64,000 bases of DNA from an uncultured delta proteobacterium. GTDB lineage: Bacteria; Desulfobacterota; Binatia; Binatales; Binataceae. The stretch covers positions 1,632,001-1,696,000 of the forward strand of contig CAWJET010000001.1 in the NCBI GenBank assembly GCA_963842085.1. The letters run 5' to 3'. The notes under the pieces were generated by a model. It was not told where the DNA came from, searched no databases, and saw only the letters and a list, made by a program, of their open reading frames with translations. The position numbers were made by a program, and so were the translations under genes. Of the stretch, positions 1-8,826 are shown piece after piece (the stretch's first letter is position 1; each line of letters begins with the position of its first letter).

Positions 1-49
1 AAGTCACGTAGGCGGTTGGATCGCGGGTACAGACCGCGGGCGCCAAAAG

Positions 50-332
50 CAACAAGCGCAGAGTTGTGATCTATGGCACCAGCAAGTCTGGGTGGACGGG
101 TCTGCTTCCGATCGGAGCCGACCCGGCTCTTGACGTCACAGTAGTTGGCTTTCTCGATAATGAACCATCGACCGACAGCTTCGATAGGCTTCCTGTCATG
201 AATTGTGATGCGCATCCTCAATCCCGCAGTTTCGAAGGAGTCCTATCGGCCCTAACCAAACGGCCTGAGTCCACCTTGCGGGCGCCGAAGGCCTGCTGCA
301 GACATGCTAAGGTTCCGCTCAAGCGCTTCTAG
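50..332 (+). pseudogene. Remnant of a WcaJ/CapD-like CoA-binding (Rossmann) segment of a polysaccharide biosynthesis protein
   Basis: Translation RVVIYGTSKSG...IGADPALDVTVVGFLDNE resembles the RVLIxGAG...VGFxDD segment of these proteins. Similarity stops after about 50 aa. Lies at the window edge. Confidence 0.45.
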
Positions 333-426
333 TTCGATTTGGCAGGAAATGGCACTTCCGCGCCTTAGCCGGCGACGGCCGTGATTTCAGGATTGAGAAA
401 CTTTAAGTACCGGGGACGGTGCGAAG

Positions 427-1398
427 ATGAGTGATATGTCGCAAAGTACAGGTCACATCCCTGCGAGCATTCAGCGCGGATTGAAAGCAGCTGCAAGTGC
501 GTACGATACGGCAGTCGACGCGAAGGGTTCGGGCGCAGTCGCAATAAGTCGCAGGTCCGATCTCTCATACGATGAGTTTGTTCGAGAGTATCGCGATCCT
601 CGTGTTCCAGTCATTCTGACTGACGCTATCAGTGAGTGGCCGGCCCTCTCCAAATGGTCACCCGAGTTCTTCAAGAGATACTATTCCTCGACCCAAGTGA
701 CTATAGACGGTCGCTACGGCAATACTGAGCAGGGCCGCCATAGCCTGGGCGATATGATCGATGCGATCTTAAGGTCGACAATGTCATCGCCGGCTCCTTA
801 CCTGAAGAATCAAAATCTAATCGACGTTCATCCCGAGTTGCGCGCGGATATGTCGCCTCTCCCGATCTATGCGTTTCCAAATTGGCTGGATGGGCCGTTC
901 TCGGGGAAGTTGTACGACCGCTTCCACCGAGGGGAACCCGAACTGCATATAGGCGGACCCGGTGCAGTCTTCCCTTCGATGCACCACGATTACGGTCTCA
1001 TTCATACCTTTATCTCACAGATTTATGGGCAAAAGAAAGTCAAGGCGTTATCACCGGCCCAGTCTCAATTTGTTTATCCGAAGCTCGGAGAGAATCATCA
1101 CGGCTCGCGTATACCGGATATCGATCATGTGGATCTTGAACAGTTTCCTTTGTTCGCAAAAGCGGTTTTGATGACCGCCGATCTGCAACCGGGTGACACT
1201 TTGTTCGTACCAGCTGGTTGGTGGCATACGACTCGTATGGCTTCGGTGTCGATAACCGCCTCTTTCAACTTTGCTAACGCCTCCAACTGGTCAGATCTCT
1301 CACGTGAATGCGGCTACCTGGTTCCGATCTTTCCGAAGCTCAGGTTTCAGACCTATTTGCTTTTCTTGAGGCTTTTCCGGTCTGTGCTCGGCCATTGA
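427..1398 (+). CDS. JmjC/cupin-like (Cupin_8) Fe(II)/2-oxoglutarate oxygenase
   Basis: PVILTDAISEWPALSKWS N-terminal motif, HxD (MHHDY), GQKKV and LQPGDTLFVPAGWWH motifs. Confidence 0.9.
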   Translation: MSDMSQSTGHIPASIQRGLKAAASAYDTAVDAKGSGAVAISRRSDLSYDEFVREYRDPRVPVILTDAISEWPALSKWSPEFFKRYYSSTQVTIDGRYGNTEQGRHSLGDMIDAILRSTMSSPAPYLKNQNLIDVHPELRADMSPLPIYAFPNWLDGPFSGKLYDRFHRGEPELHIGGPGAVFPSMHHDYGLIHTFISQIYGQKKVKALSPAQSQFVYPKLGENHHGSRIPDIDHVDLEQFPLFAKAVLMTADLQPGDTLFVPAGWWHTTRMASVSITASFNFANASNWSDLSRECGYLVPIFPKLRFQTYLLFLRLFRSVLGH

Positions 1399-1627
1399 GA
1401 TGAGTCGTTATCGGGGGCTAACGCTAGATGTGGTGAGTCCGCGCAAACGTCATGGGTGAGGTCTGTGCTCGATCCTTCTGAGCCTTGTCGCGGTCCTCTG
1501 TTTAATTGATAGATGAACCGGAAGTGTGAAAGATGAAAGGGGCACAGATTATGTCGAGGTAAGTTCAAACTGGTAAAATATTTCAAAAAGTGTATCTTTA
1601 ACGTAGGCTCACAGTTGGCTATGTCCT

Positions 1628-2419
1628 ATGGCCGAAGGTTTGTGCATGAACACTGTAACCACAACGCGCGCGGATCGGGGGTATGAAAAGGCTGCGCGGA
1701 TAGACCCGTACTATGCAGTCATTCCATTTCCGCAGTTCCGGCGTTCGCAACTGTCCGAAGAGCATCTTCAGGAGTTCTTCGCCATCGGCGAGCAACACAT
1801 CGAGAATGTGATCTCGACAATCCGCAAACATTTCGCACCCGACTTCACGCCGCATCGGGTCCTCGATTATGGATGCGGAACGGGGCGGCTTGTAATACCG
1901 CTGAGCAGACGTGCGGAGCGTGTGGTCGGAGTTGACATCTCCCCGAGTATGCTTTCGGAGACACGCGTGAACTGCGACCGGTTCGGCGTCGACAACGTAG
2001 AACTCGTGCTAGCGGATGACAATCTTACGCGAGTAACGGGTAAGTTCGATCTGATCCATTCAACCATCGTGTTTCAGCACGTTCCCGCGAAGCGGGTGGA
2101 AAAGATCGTCAGAGGGCTGATCCCACACTTGGAACCCGGAGGATTTGGGTCGCTACATTTTCTTTTTTGGTCTCCGGCCAAGATGAGAATCGCCAGGTTC
2201 GTGAAACGGACAATTCCTTTCGGTAACGCTATCGCGAACCGGCTCAAGGGTCGTCCACGAGATTTCGGCTATATCGACTTACACCCGCTGTCTATGGACC
2301 GCATCGCGACTGTTCTCTGCGAAGGCGGCGCACGGGAAATATGGGCGGAGTTTCACGATTGGAAAGCCAAGTCCGACGATCGAACTGTCCATGTGACCTT
2401 CCGCTGTCCCGGCGGTTGA
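1628..2419 (+). CDS. Class I SAM-dependent methyltransferase
   Basis: VLDYGCGTG motif I, VVGVDIS, FDLIHS. Confidence 0.9.
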   Translation: MAEGLCMNTVTTTRADRGYEKAARIDPYYAVIPFPQFRRSQLSEEHLQEFFAIGEQHIENVISTIRKHFAPDFTPHRVLDYGCGTGRLVIPLSRRAERVVGVDISPSMLSETRVNCDRFGVDNVELVLADDNLTRVTGKFDLIHSTIVFQHVPAKRVEKIVRGLIPHLEPGGFGSLHFLFWSPAKMRIARFVKRTIPFGNAIANRLKGRPRDFGYIDLHPLSMDRIATVLCEGGAREIWAEFHDWKAKSDDRTVHVTFRCPGG

Positions 2420-2612
2420 CCCAGAGTCAAGAGTCATCTGCAAGGCAATCGTTTCTACTCGACGGCCTCCACCGCGGTTTGAACCCTCATGGCAGGCACC
2501 CTCGGCCTTACCCCTTTAGGATCACCCTCGCAAATTAGTGGTGTCGGGGTTTTGATTCACTCTGTCTGCTCCGTATGCGCATCGTTATTCGTCAGGACTC
2601 CTGGTGTTGACG

Positions 2613-2760
2613 TGTCAGAGCGAGTCAAGGATTTAGATCTGGAGTGCGCAATGTGACTGTCCCAAAATGGCGTTGTTCGGCGTCCGCGATCTGATCGTCG
2701 TCCAAGGGCGATCGCGTTGCCGCGAACCACATTTCCGCCGGCGTTGCCGACCGCGGCTCC
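2613..2760. repeat. Degenerate, rearranged copy of the manC 3' end and its downstream sequence (counterpart 6899-7270)
   Basis: 22-bp identity TGTCAGAGCGAGTCAAGGATTT (2613-2634 = 6899-6920). It is followed by manC-like peptides MALFGVRDLIVV (+) and GAAVGNAGGNVVRGNAIAL (-). Confidence 0.8.
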
Positions 2761-2789
2761 TGTCCTCACCGGCTGCATCCTCCGACTGC

Positions 2790-3185
2790 TCCGGCGGTGG
2801 CCGCGCAGGCGCTCGAGTTGCGCCGCCAGCGCATGCTGATGAAGCAGATCGCCGCGCAGCTCGCGCTCAGCATCGCCACTGTGAGCCGAGTGCTCAAGCG
2901 CAGCGGGCTGTCCCGGCTAAGCGCCCTGTCAGCGCCGCCGCCCATCCAACGTTACGAGTATCCCGCCGCCGGCGACTTGCTCCATCTCGACACCAAGAAG
3001 CTCGGCCGCTTCCACCGGGTCGGCTCAGGCATCACCGGCACTCACTAAAAGCGCAGCCTCGGGGCTGGGTTCGAAGTCGCCCACGTCTGCGTCGACGACC
3101 ATTCGCGCCTGGCCTACGCCGAAGTCCTGCCCAACGAGCGCAAGGAGACCACCACCGCGTTCCTCCCCGCACCCTTGATCACTTC
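2790..3185 (+). pseudogene. IS481-family transposase fragment
   Basis: HTH IAAQLALSIATVSRVLKRSGLSRL, RYEYPAAGDLLHLDTKKLGRF, then a frameshifted HVCVDDHSRLAYAEVLPNE. Confidence 0.85.
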
Positions 3186-3224
3186 CCCGCCAACCGCCGC
3201 CGCGCGGAGGCCTCGCGGCAGGCC

Positions 3225-3384
3225 TGAGGCGTTGCCTTGCCGTTCGCGAGATTGCCACTTCCAGCCCTGCCCCAACACCGGCACGATCTTCTCTGCCGTG
3301 TACCTTCGCTTCGCCATCCTCGGGTCCTCCTGGTCCAGCGATTTGCTAACTCTACAGCCGGTACAAAATCCCCTGGGCAGTCCA
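3225..3384 (-). mobile_element. IS3-family left end with start of orfA (fragment)
   Basis: Begins TGGACTGCCCAGGGGATTTTGTAC, then an AGGAGG RBS and MAKRRYTAEKIV. Confidence 0.65.
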
Positions 3385-3525
3385 GTGTGCTCGAGGCCGA
3401 GCACGGCTTCCGCCAGCTCGCCGGCTATCGTGCTATTCCGACCCTGGTGCCGCCCTGCGTGCGCACGATGCGCAACTCGATCGGGCTGAAGAAAAACTTG
3501 CCACCGCACAGAATGCCGCTTAACT
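3385..3525 (+). pseudogene. IS256-family transposase C-terminal fragment
   Basis: VLEAEHGFRQLAGYRAIPTLV matches the IS256 C-terminal EAExxFRRLxGY motif. Confidence 0.65.
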
Positions 3526-3589
3526 GACTATGCAGCCGCTACTCAATTCCAACAGCGCAATGGACATTACCTGCGCAGCATCGAACATC

Positions 3590-3598
3590 TGTGGATAA
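3590..3598 (-). promoter_or_regulatory. DnaA-box consensus (TTATCCACA), copy 1
   Basis: TGTGGATAA on the + strand. Confidence 0.4.
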
Positions 3599-4071
3599 GG
3601 AGCAAGCGCGTCGCGGACGCACGCATGTCGCCTCCGCGACGACGACCTGATAGCGGTGTCGCCAATGGGTTCATGTACTTCCTCTTGCTCTACTAGATTG
3701 CATCGAAACGGTTCGCCTATGTCAATTTTCACGTCACGTTAAACTTCTGACCTTCACAGTACAGTCACCCGAGGCCCTCCGACGTCCACTCAACCGGGTA
3801 AATCCACGGAGCGAATCTGCTTGAAAGTGCGAGGCGAGGATCCAGGCGCCTGCGTGACGCCGCGATGGCAGCGAAGGCCGGAGGCCGCCTGCTTTTGCCC
3901 AACGCCGTCGCTTGCACCCCGGTGAGTTCGATCGGCGCGAGGTAGCCTCTTAAAAACGCTATGCCTATTGTCAGAGCCTGCGACTTCTAGTAAAGTTAGG
4001 TAGACAGTTTGTAGTTCAAGGGGAAGTGAAGTAAAAAAACATATGCAGAATCGACCTGCACTGCAGACAGT

Positions 4072-4080
4072 TGTGGATAA
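4072..4080 (-). promoter_or_regulatory. DnaA-box consensus (TTATCCACA), copy 2
   Basis: TGTGGATAA on the + strand, in an AT-rich intergenic region. Confidence 0.45.
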
Positions 4081-4266
4081 AACGAGCCTGCCAGAAGAAG
4101 GAACCCCTTTTCTTTTTTGCCGAAATCTGCTTTGTTTGCATTTGTATGGCAGAAGTAGGCGTTGGGCAACTTAGGTGGAAAAAGGTGAAGATAGCGCGGG
4201 AGAATAACGTAAGTTATAATTTAAGTATAATCGTGGTTGGGGCGGTCTAACCAGAAGAGGTGGAGA

Positions 4267-4536
4267 TTGAAAGAACAAGGAATTGACAGCTCGGTTGAGG
4301 GCGCAAACAAATTCTATACGGTCAGTCAGTTGGCTGAGCTCCTTCAACTCACCGAAATGACCATATATCGGATGGCGGCGCGGGGGGATCTTCCGCACTA
4401 TTCGATTGGGCGAATGAAACGTTTCCGGTCAGACGATTTGGAGCGCTATCTCGCTAATCGCAGGGTACCGGGGTCGGAAGAGGCGAAATCCTCAGGACTT
4501 AGGCGCCGGCCCGCCAAAAGAATGGTCACCCGCTAG
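4267..4536 (+). CDS. Excisionase-family helix-turn-helix protein (HTH_17)
   Basis: FYTVSQLAELLQLTEMTIYRMAARGDLPHYSIGRMKRF. Start uncertain (4237 or 4267). Confidence 0.85.
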   Translation: MKEQGIDSSVEGANKFYTVSQLAELLQLTEMTIYRMAARGDLPHYSIGRMKRFRSDDLERYLANRRVPGSEEAKSSGLRRRPAKRMVTR

Positions 4537-4619
4537 ATTCAGCGTCGTTCGCTAGACTACGTCGGCGCGCATTCCGGGCGCTCAGAGTAGCTCGTGGTTT
4601 GGCGGTCAGTGACGGCTGG

Positions 4620-5025
4620 TCTCCTCGTATGTTGCCGAAGGGGGGAAACGGCAAGCAGAATTGGTGGCGGTGCGGCAAGTCGAAGCTTCCTTGTGCAAAA
4701 CAGCCCGCGAGATGCCGCAAACCATGCTCGCGGCCGAACAGTCGCGGGGCCGCAGCCGCGGCTTTCGATAGTTTCTCGCGCTCTTCTTGCAGCACCCGGT
4801 GCTCACGCCGCAGCCGCCGGACGGCCCGCATAGCGCTCCACGCGCGCCACTAGCTCGCAAATCAACTGAGCAGTCGATTTGACCTCCGTCGAGAGAGATC
4901 CTACGCCCTGCTCGCCCCGACTCGAGCGTTCGGCGCCAGTATTCTGGCATGTACTGTGCGTTCGGCATCGTGGTTCTCGTTTCCCTTCCCACTCCGCTAC
5001 TCTCCGCGAAACCAGGTCAGCTCCA
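4620..5025 (-). pseudogene. IS3-family orfA remnant(s)
   Basis: End-like TGGAGCTGACCTGGTTTCGCGGAGA at 5025; YMPEYWRR...RRLRREHRVLQEEREKLSKAAA is typical of orfA. Confidence 0.7.
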
Positions 5026-5347
5026 GACTGCGCTTCGGAGCCTCTGCCCATTTGAGTGTCTGGGCTGCCGGACCGCGCTCGCACATCTCTGGAAATCCCG
5101 CGCACTAATCATTTCTGCTGTGATAAAGAAATATGCTTAAGGAAAGAAAAATGCTATAAAATCGCCCCGAGGCGAGCTGGTGGGGATAGCAAGCGCTCGG
5201 GTCGAGGCCGATTGTCGATTCGCACGCAGAGTCGATCGAGGCAAAGCTGGTCTAGGCATCGGCTAGCGCGCGCCTTGCGGCGCTCTGAGTTGCTCCGCGG
5301 CTAGCTTCACGAAGAAGTGGAAGGACTTTTGCGATGTCATCGAACCC

Positions 5348-6532
5348 GTGAGGCATTTGGCTGGTACAGCGGTCGGTCAACGAACAAAAGATGGCGCGCC
5401 CGCAGTCGCTAGCGAGCACGAGGGTGCTGCGGCGCCATCGGCGAGTCGCGTCCCCGAGCTCACCGTCATCGTGCCCACGCTGAACGAGCGCAACAACATA
5501 GTTCCCCTACTTGATTTGATCGACACGGCGCTTGAGGGTGTCGCTTGGGAGGTAATCTTCGTCGACGACGATTCGCGCGACGGCACGGCAGATGCGGTGC
5601 GCGAAATCGCTCGGCGTGATGCGCGCGTGCGCTGTCTGCAGCGGCTCGGACGGCGGGGACTCTCCAGCGCTTGCATCGAGGGCGTGCTCGCTTGTGCCTC
5701 ACCTTATGTGGCGGTGATGGATGCCGACTTGCAGCATGACGAACGGCTGCTCCCGCAAATGCTGCACGTGCTCAAGAACGAGCCTTACGATCTCGTTGTT
5801 GGAAGCCGCTACGTCGACGGCGGCGGGCTCGGCGGTTGGGACGAGAGGCGAGCCACCATCAGCAGCTTGGCCACGCGACTCTCTCGGGTCATTTGCAAGG
5901 CAGAAATTGCCGATCCAATGAGTGGGTTTTTCATGGCTCGTCGCGAGGTGTTCGAAGCTGCCTTGCGCAAACTCTCGGGCGAAGGCTTCAAGATCCTGCT
6001 CGACCTACTAGCCTCATCGCCTAAGCCAGTTCGCCAAAAGGAGTTGCCCTTTCAATTTCGTCAACGCCAGCACGGCGACAGCAAGCTCGACACTCTCGTC
6101 GCGTGGGAATTTGGCATGCTGCTGGCCGACAAGTTGATCGGACACATCGTACCGGTGCGTTTTGCGCTCTTTGCCTTTATCGGCGCGCTAGGTCTTGTTT
6201 TGCATCTGGGTGTGCTGTGGTCGAGCTTGACTCTACTCGGTACGAGCTTTGTCACAGCACAGGCAATGGCCACTGCTTTAGCGATGACCTTCAACTTCTT
6301 TCTCAACAACCTCTTTACCTATCGTGATCAGCGGCTTAGGGGAGCCCGTCTCATTCGTGGGCTCGCGTCGTTTTATCTGATCTGTGGCGTTGGCGCGTTT
6401 GCGAACGTCGGAGTCGCTTCTTACGTCTTCGCGGCCCACAACGCTTGGTGGGTTGCTGGAATCAGCGGCGTCGTGATTGGTTCGGTTTGGAATTACGCAG
6501 TGTCTTCGGTGTTCACCTGGAACCGGCGCTGA
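5348..6532 (+). CDS. GT2 polyprenol-phosphate glycosyltransferase (DPM1-like) fused to a GtrA flippase-like domain
   Basis: VIVPTLNE, VDDDSRDGT, MDADLQH, DPMSGFF; C-terminal 4-TM GtrA domain (FNFFLNNLFTY...WNYAVSSVFTW). Confidence 0.93.
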   Translation: MRHLAGTAVGQRTKDGAPAVASEHEGAAAPSASRVPELTVIVPTLNERNNIVPLLDLIDTALEGVAWEVIFVDDDSRDGTADAVREIARRDARVRCLQRLGRRGLSSACIEGVLACASPYVAVMDADLQHDERLLPQMLHVLKNEPYDLVVGSRYVDGGGLGGWDERRATISSLATRLSRVICKAEIADPMSGFFMARREVFEAALRKLSGEGFKILLDLLASSPKPVRQKELPFQFRQRQHGDSKLDTLVAWEFGMLLADKLIGHIVPVRFALFAFIGALGLVLHLGVLWSSLTLLGTSFVTAQAMATALAMTFNFFLNNLFTYRDQRLRGARLIRGLASFYLICGVGAFANVGVASYVFAAHNAWWVAGISGVVIGSVWNYAVSSVFTWNRR

Positions 6533-6610
6533 GGCCGCGCTGCTTCGCTGTCGCGCTCGCTTTTCGTCCAGCGACACAAATCTCGAGAAGCAGATCGACC
6601 TGCTGCGCCC

Positions 6611-6874
6611 TCATTGTTTTTCGTGGAGCCTTGGATCATCAGTCGATATACATCGACTAGCCTCGAAATATTCGGCGGCATCCGGTTCAGAATCTCGAAG
6701 CGAGTCGATAATCTCACGTCTGCGTGCTTCACAATCAGCCGCAGAGTCGTAGCTGTGATGATTAGTCCATTGGGATAACGGGGCAGTCGCAACGATCTTA
6801 AGGTCTGCACCGCTCGGGGGTGACAATAAGCACCAAGCTCCCAAGGCTAGCGTTGCGGCGTGTCGAGACTTCAT
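6611..6874 (-). CDS. Small exported hypothetical protein
   Basis: Signal-like N-terminus; APLSQW...YDSAADCE...CISTDDPRL with a Cys pair. Confidence 0.7.
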   Translation of the reverse strand: MKSRHAATLALGAWCLLSPPSGADLKIVATAPLSQWTNHHSYDSAADCEARRREIIDSLRDSEPDAAEYFEASRCISTDDPRLHEKQ

Positions 6875-7037
6875 TCGTTTAGACTCTTGCCGTTAACCTG
6901 TCAGAGCGAGTCAAGGATTTGCATCCATCGCTGGAGTGTGCGCCCGTCCCAAATGTAAACGCCTCGGGATAAGCCACTTGAACCTAATTTAATCTGAATA
7001 GCAGAACTTCGCTTTTTAGTCGAGCCTGTGTACTCGC

Positions 7038-8120
7038 TCATAAGTAGCGTTGCAAGCCGCGGCGCTCGAGTTCTTCCGTGACGCGGCGGAGGTGTGGTGA
7101 CATCTCGCGGTGCGCCACTAGGATCGCGTCTCCCGCGTCGACGACGATCAGATCGCGCACGCCGAACAACACCATCAGGCGCGAATCCGAATGCGCCAGC
7201 ACGCGCTCGGAATCGAGCGCGATCGCTTTGCCGCGAAGCACGTTGCCGCCGGTTTTGCCAACCGCGCCCCACAGCCCATCCCACGATCCCACGTCATGCC
7301 ATGAGAATCGCGCGCGCACGCCTAGCACGTTGGTGCTTTTCTCCATTATCACGCGATCGAACGAATCGAAGCGCAGCCGCCGATAGGCGCGCGCGAGTTT
7401 CGTCCGCGGAGTCAGCGCAAGGCGTTCGGCGGCTATCCCGAGCGCCGGACAATGCTCGGCCAATTCCCGCGCTAGCATCCGCGTCGACACCACGAACATC
7501 GAGGCATTCCACAAGTAGCGCCCGCTGCGCACCATCCGGCGCGCCAGCGCGAGCGCCGGTTTCTCCACGAACTTTTCGATTCGGAATCCGGCACCGACCT
7601 TGGGACCAATCTTCTGGTAGCCGTAGCCGGATTCGGGCCGGGTCGGAGTAATCCCGATCGCGACGATAGATTCGTGCGTCGCGGCGAGACGGATCGCTTC
7701 GGCAAGCGTGCGGCGATATTTGGCGGGTGTCGCGATGTAATGATCGGCGGCCACCGCGGCGATGACTCCGTTGCCCAGTCTGCGCTTGATAATCGCGGCG
7801 CCGTAAGCGATTGCGACCGCGGTGCCTCGGGCGGCAGGTTCAACGATCAAGTTATGCGCCGGAATCAGGCCACGCAGCGCCGGCCGAAACGGCGCCTGGT
7901 GCACCGCGGCGGCCAGTACAAAAATTCGCTCGCGCGGGATGAGCGGCACATGACGCTCGATCGTATCCGCAAGCAGGCTGGTCTTACCGTCAATCGAAAA
8001 GAGCGGCTTGGGCCGCGACTCGCGACTCGCAGGCCAAAAGCGCGTGCCACGGCCGCCTGCGATAATCAGCACCGAGGCGCGCCCGGCCGCGGAAGTTCGA
8101 GCCATCGGATCAGGTAGCAC
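7038..8120 (-). CDS. manC: Mannose-1-phosphate guanylyltransferase
   Basis: IIAGGRGTRFWPASRESRPKP, EPAARGTA, ADH, GYGY, FVEKP, WNASMF, WHDVGSW. Confidence 0.93.
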   Translation of the reverse strand: MLPDPMARTSAAGRASVLIIAGGRGTRFWPASRESRPKPLFSIDGKTSLLADTIERHVPLIPRERIFVLAAAVHQAPFRPALRGLIPAHNLIVEPAARGTAVAIAYGAAIIKRRLGNGVIAAVAADHYIATPAKYRRTLAEAIRLAATHESIVAIGITPTRPESGYGYQKIGPKVGAGFRIEKFVEKPALALARRMVRSGRYLWNASMFVVSTRMLARELAEHCPALGIAAERLALTPRTKLARAYRRLRFDSFDRVIMEKSTNVLGVRARFSWHDVGSWDGLWGAVGKTGGNVLRGKAIALDSERVLAHSDSRLMVLFGVRDLIVVDAGDAILVAHREMSPHLRRVTEELERRGLQRYL

Positions 8121-8449
8121 CTTCGCGGAGTTTGCCGCCGAACAGCGCTCGAGTTTCGGCCAATGCCTGTTCGCCGGTCGCTTCGAAGCGCGTAAGCAGC
8201 GCGGGCTGGGTATCTGACGCGCTCACGAAGCCCCATCCGTCGGCAAAATTCACATGCACGCCGTCACTGTCGATAACTTCAAAGTGCTTTCTGAAAAAAC
8301 CGATGGGCCAAGCGTGATCGTTTTTTCCCTGCCCGATGCAACGAGGTGCAATAGTCTGGCTCAAGATCGGCCACGAAGTCGGTTGTCGAAATCACTTGCG
8401 ACTGTGCCACAGACGTCGTAATCGCGAAAGACTTGCGAATTCAGCGCAT
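8110..8449 (-). pseudogene. Phosphomannomutase/phosphoglucomutase (manB/algC) with a large internal deletion
   Basis: N-terminus NSQVFRDYDVCGTV (cf. IFREYDIRG) sits within ~150 bp of the C-terminus DGVHVNFADGWGFVSASDTQPALLTRFEA. Confidence 0.8.
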
Positions 8450-8515
8450 CTGTCTCAACCCGCTTGAATCATAACTTAGATTAAGCGAATAAAACAGCCT
8501 ACGTATAACACTAGC

Positions 8516-8613
8516 ATGGGAGGAAACCGATAGAATTTCAAATCAGCAGGTCTCGTTTCAGCCGGGTCCGGCAGTATCAACGGCTTCTGAGCAGGTCAGG
8601 CCACTGCAGGAGC
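8516..8613 (+). pseudogene. Truncated 5' copy of the repeat-helix protein gene at 28735-29211
   Basis: Encodes SNQQVSFQPGPAVSTASEQVRPLQE versus SNEQVSFQPGLAVSTVFEQVRPLQE, with the same upstream ATGGGAGGA. Confidence 0.8.
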
Positions 8614-8628
8614 ATCACCGGCGATGTC

Positions 8629-8826
8629 CTGAAACCCCGGAAAAGAGTGTCAGTTGCTGTCAGTACTCAACGGTTGCGAATCACCATTGCCGATTCGTGG
8701 AATCTTTCCGGTCTTTTCCATGGGAAAATTCGGCCAAAGTGCGCCAGAAGGTCGGCTTTCACAGGTGTTGTGCTGTAGGCTAGTGACGATCACTGACAGC
8801 AACTGACGGTCTTTTCCGGGGTTCAG
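8629..8826. repeat. ~35-bp imperfect inverted repeat (arms 8629-8664 and 8792-8826); candidate origin or element end
   Basis: CTGAAACCCCGGAAAAGAGTGTCAGTTGCTGTCAGT versus reverse complement CTGAACCCCGGAAAAGACCGTCAGTTGCTGTCAGT (2 mismatches, 1 gap). Confidence 0.85.

Noticed and set aside
6904-7039. Possible MITE bounded by GAGCGAGT...ACTCGCTC
   Set aside because: Only 8 bp of inverted match and no clear target duplication.
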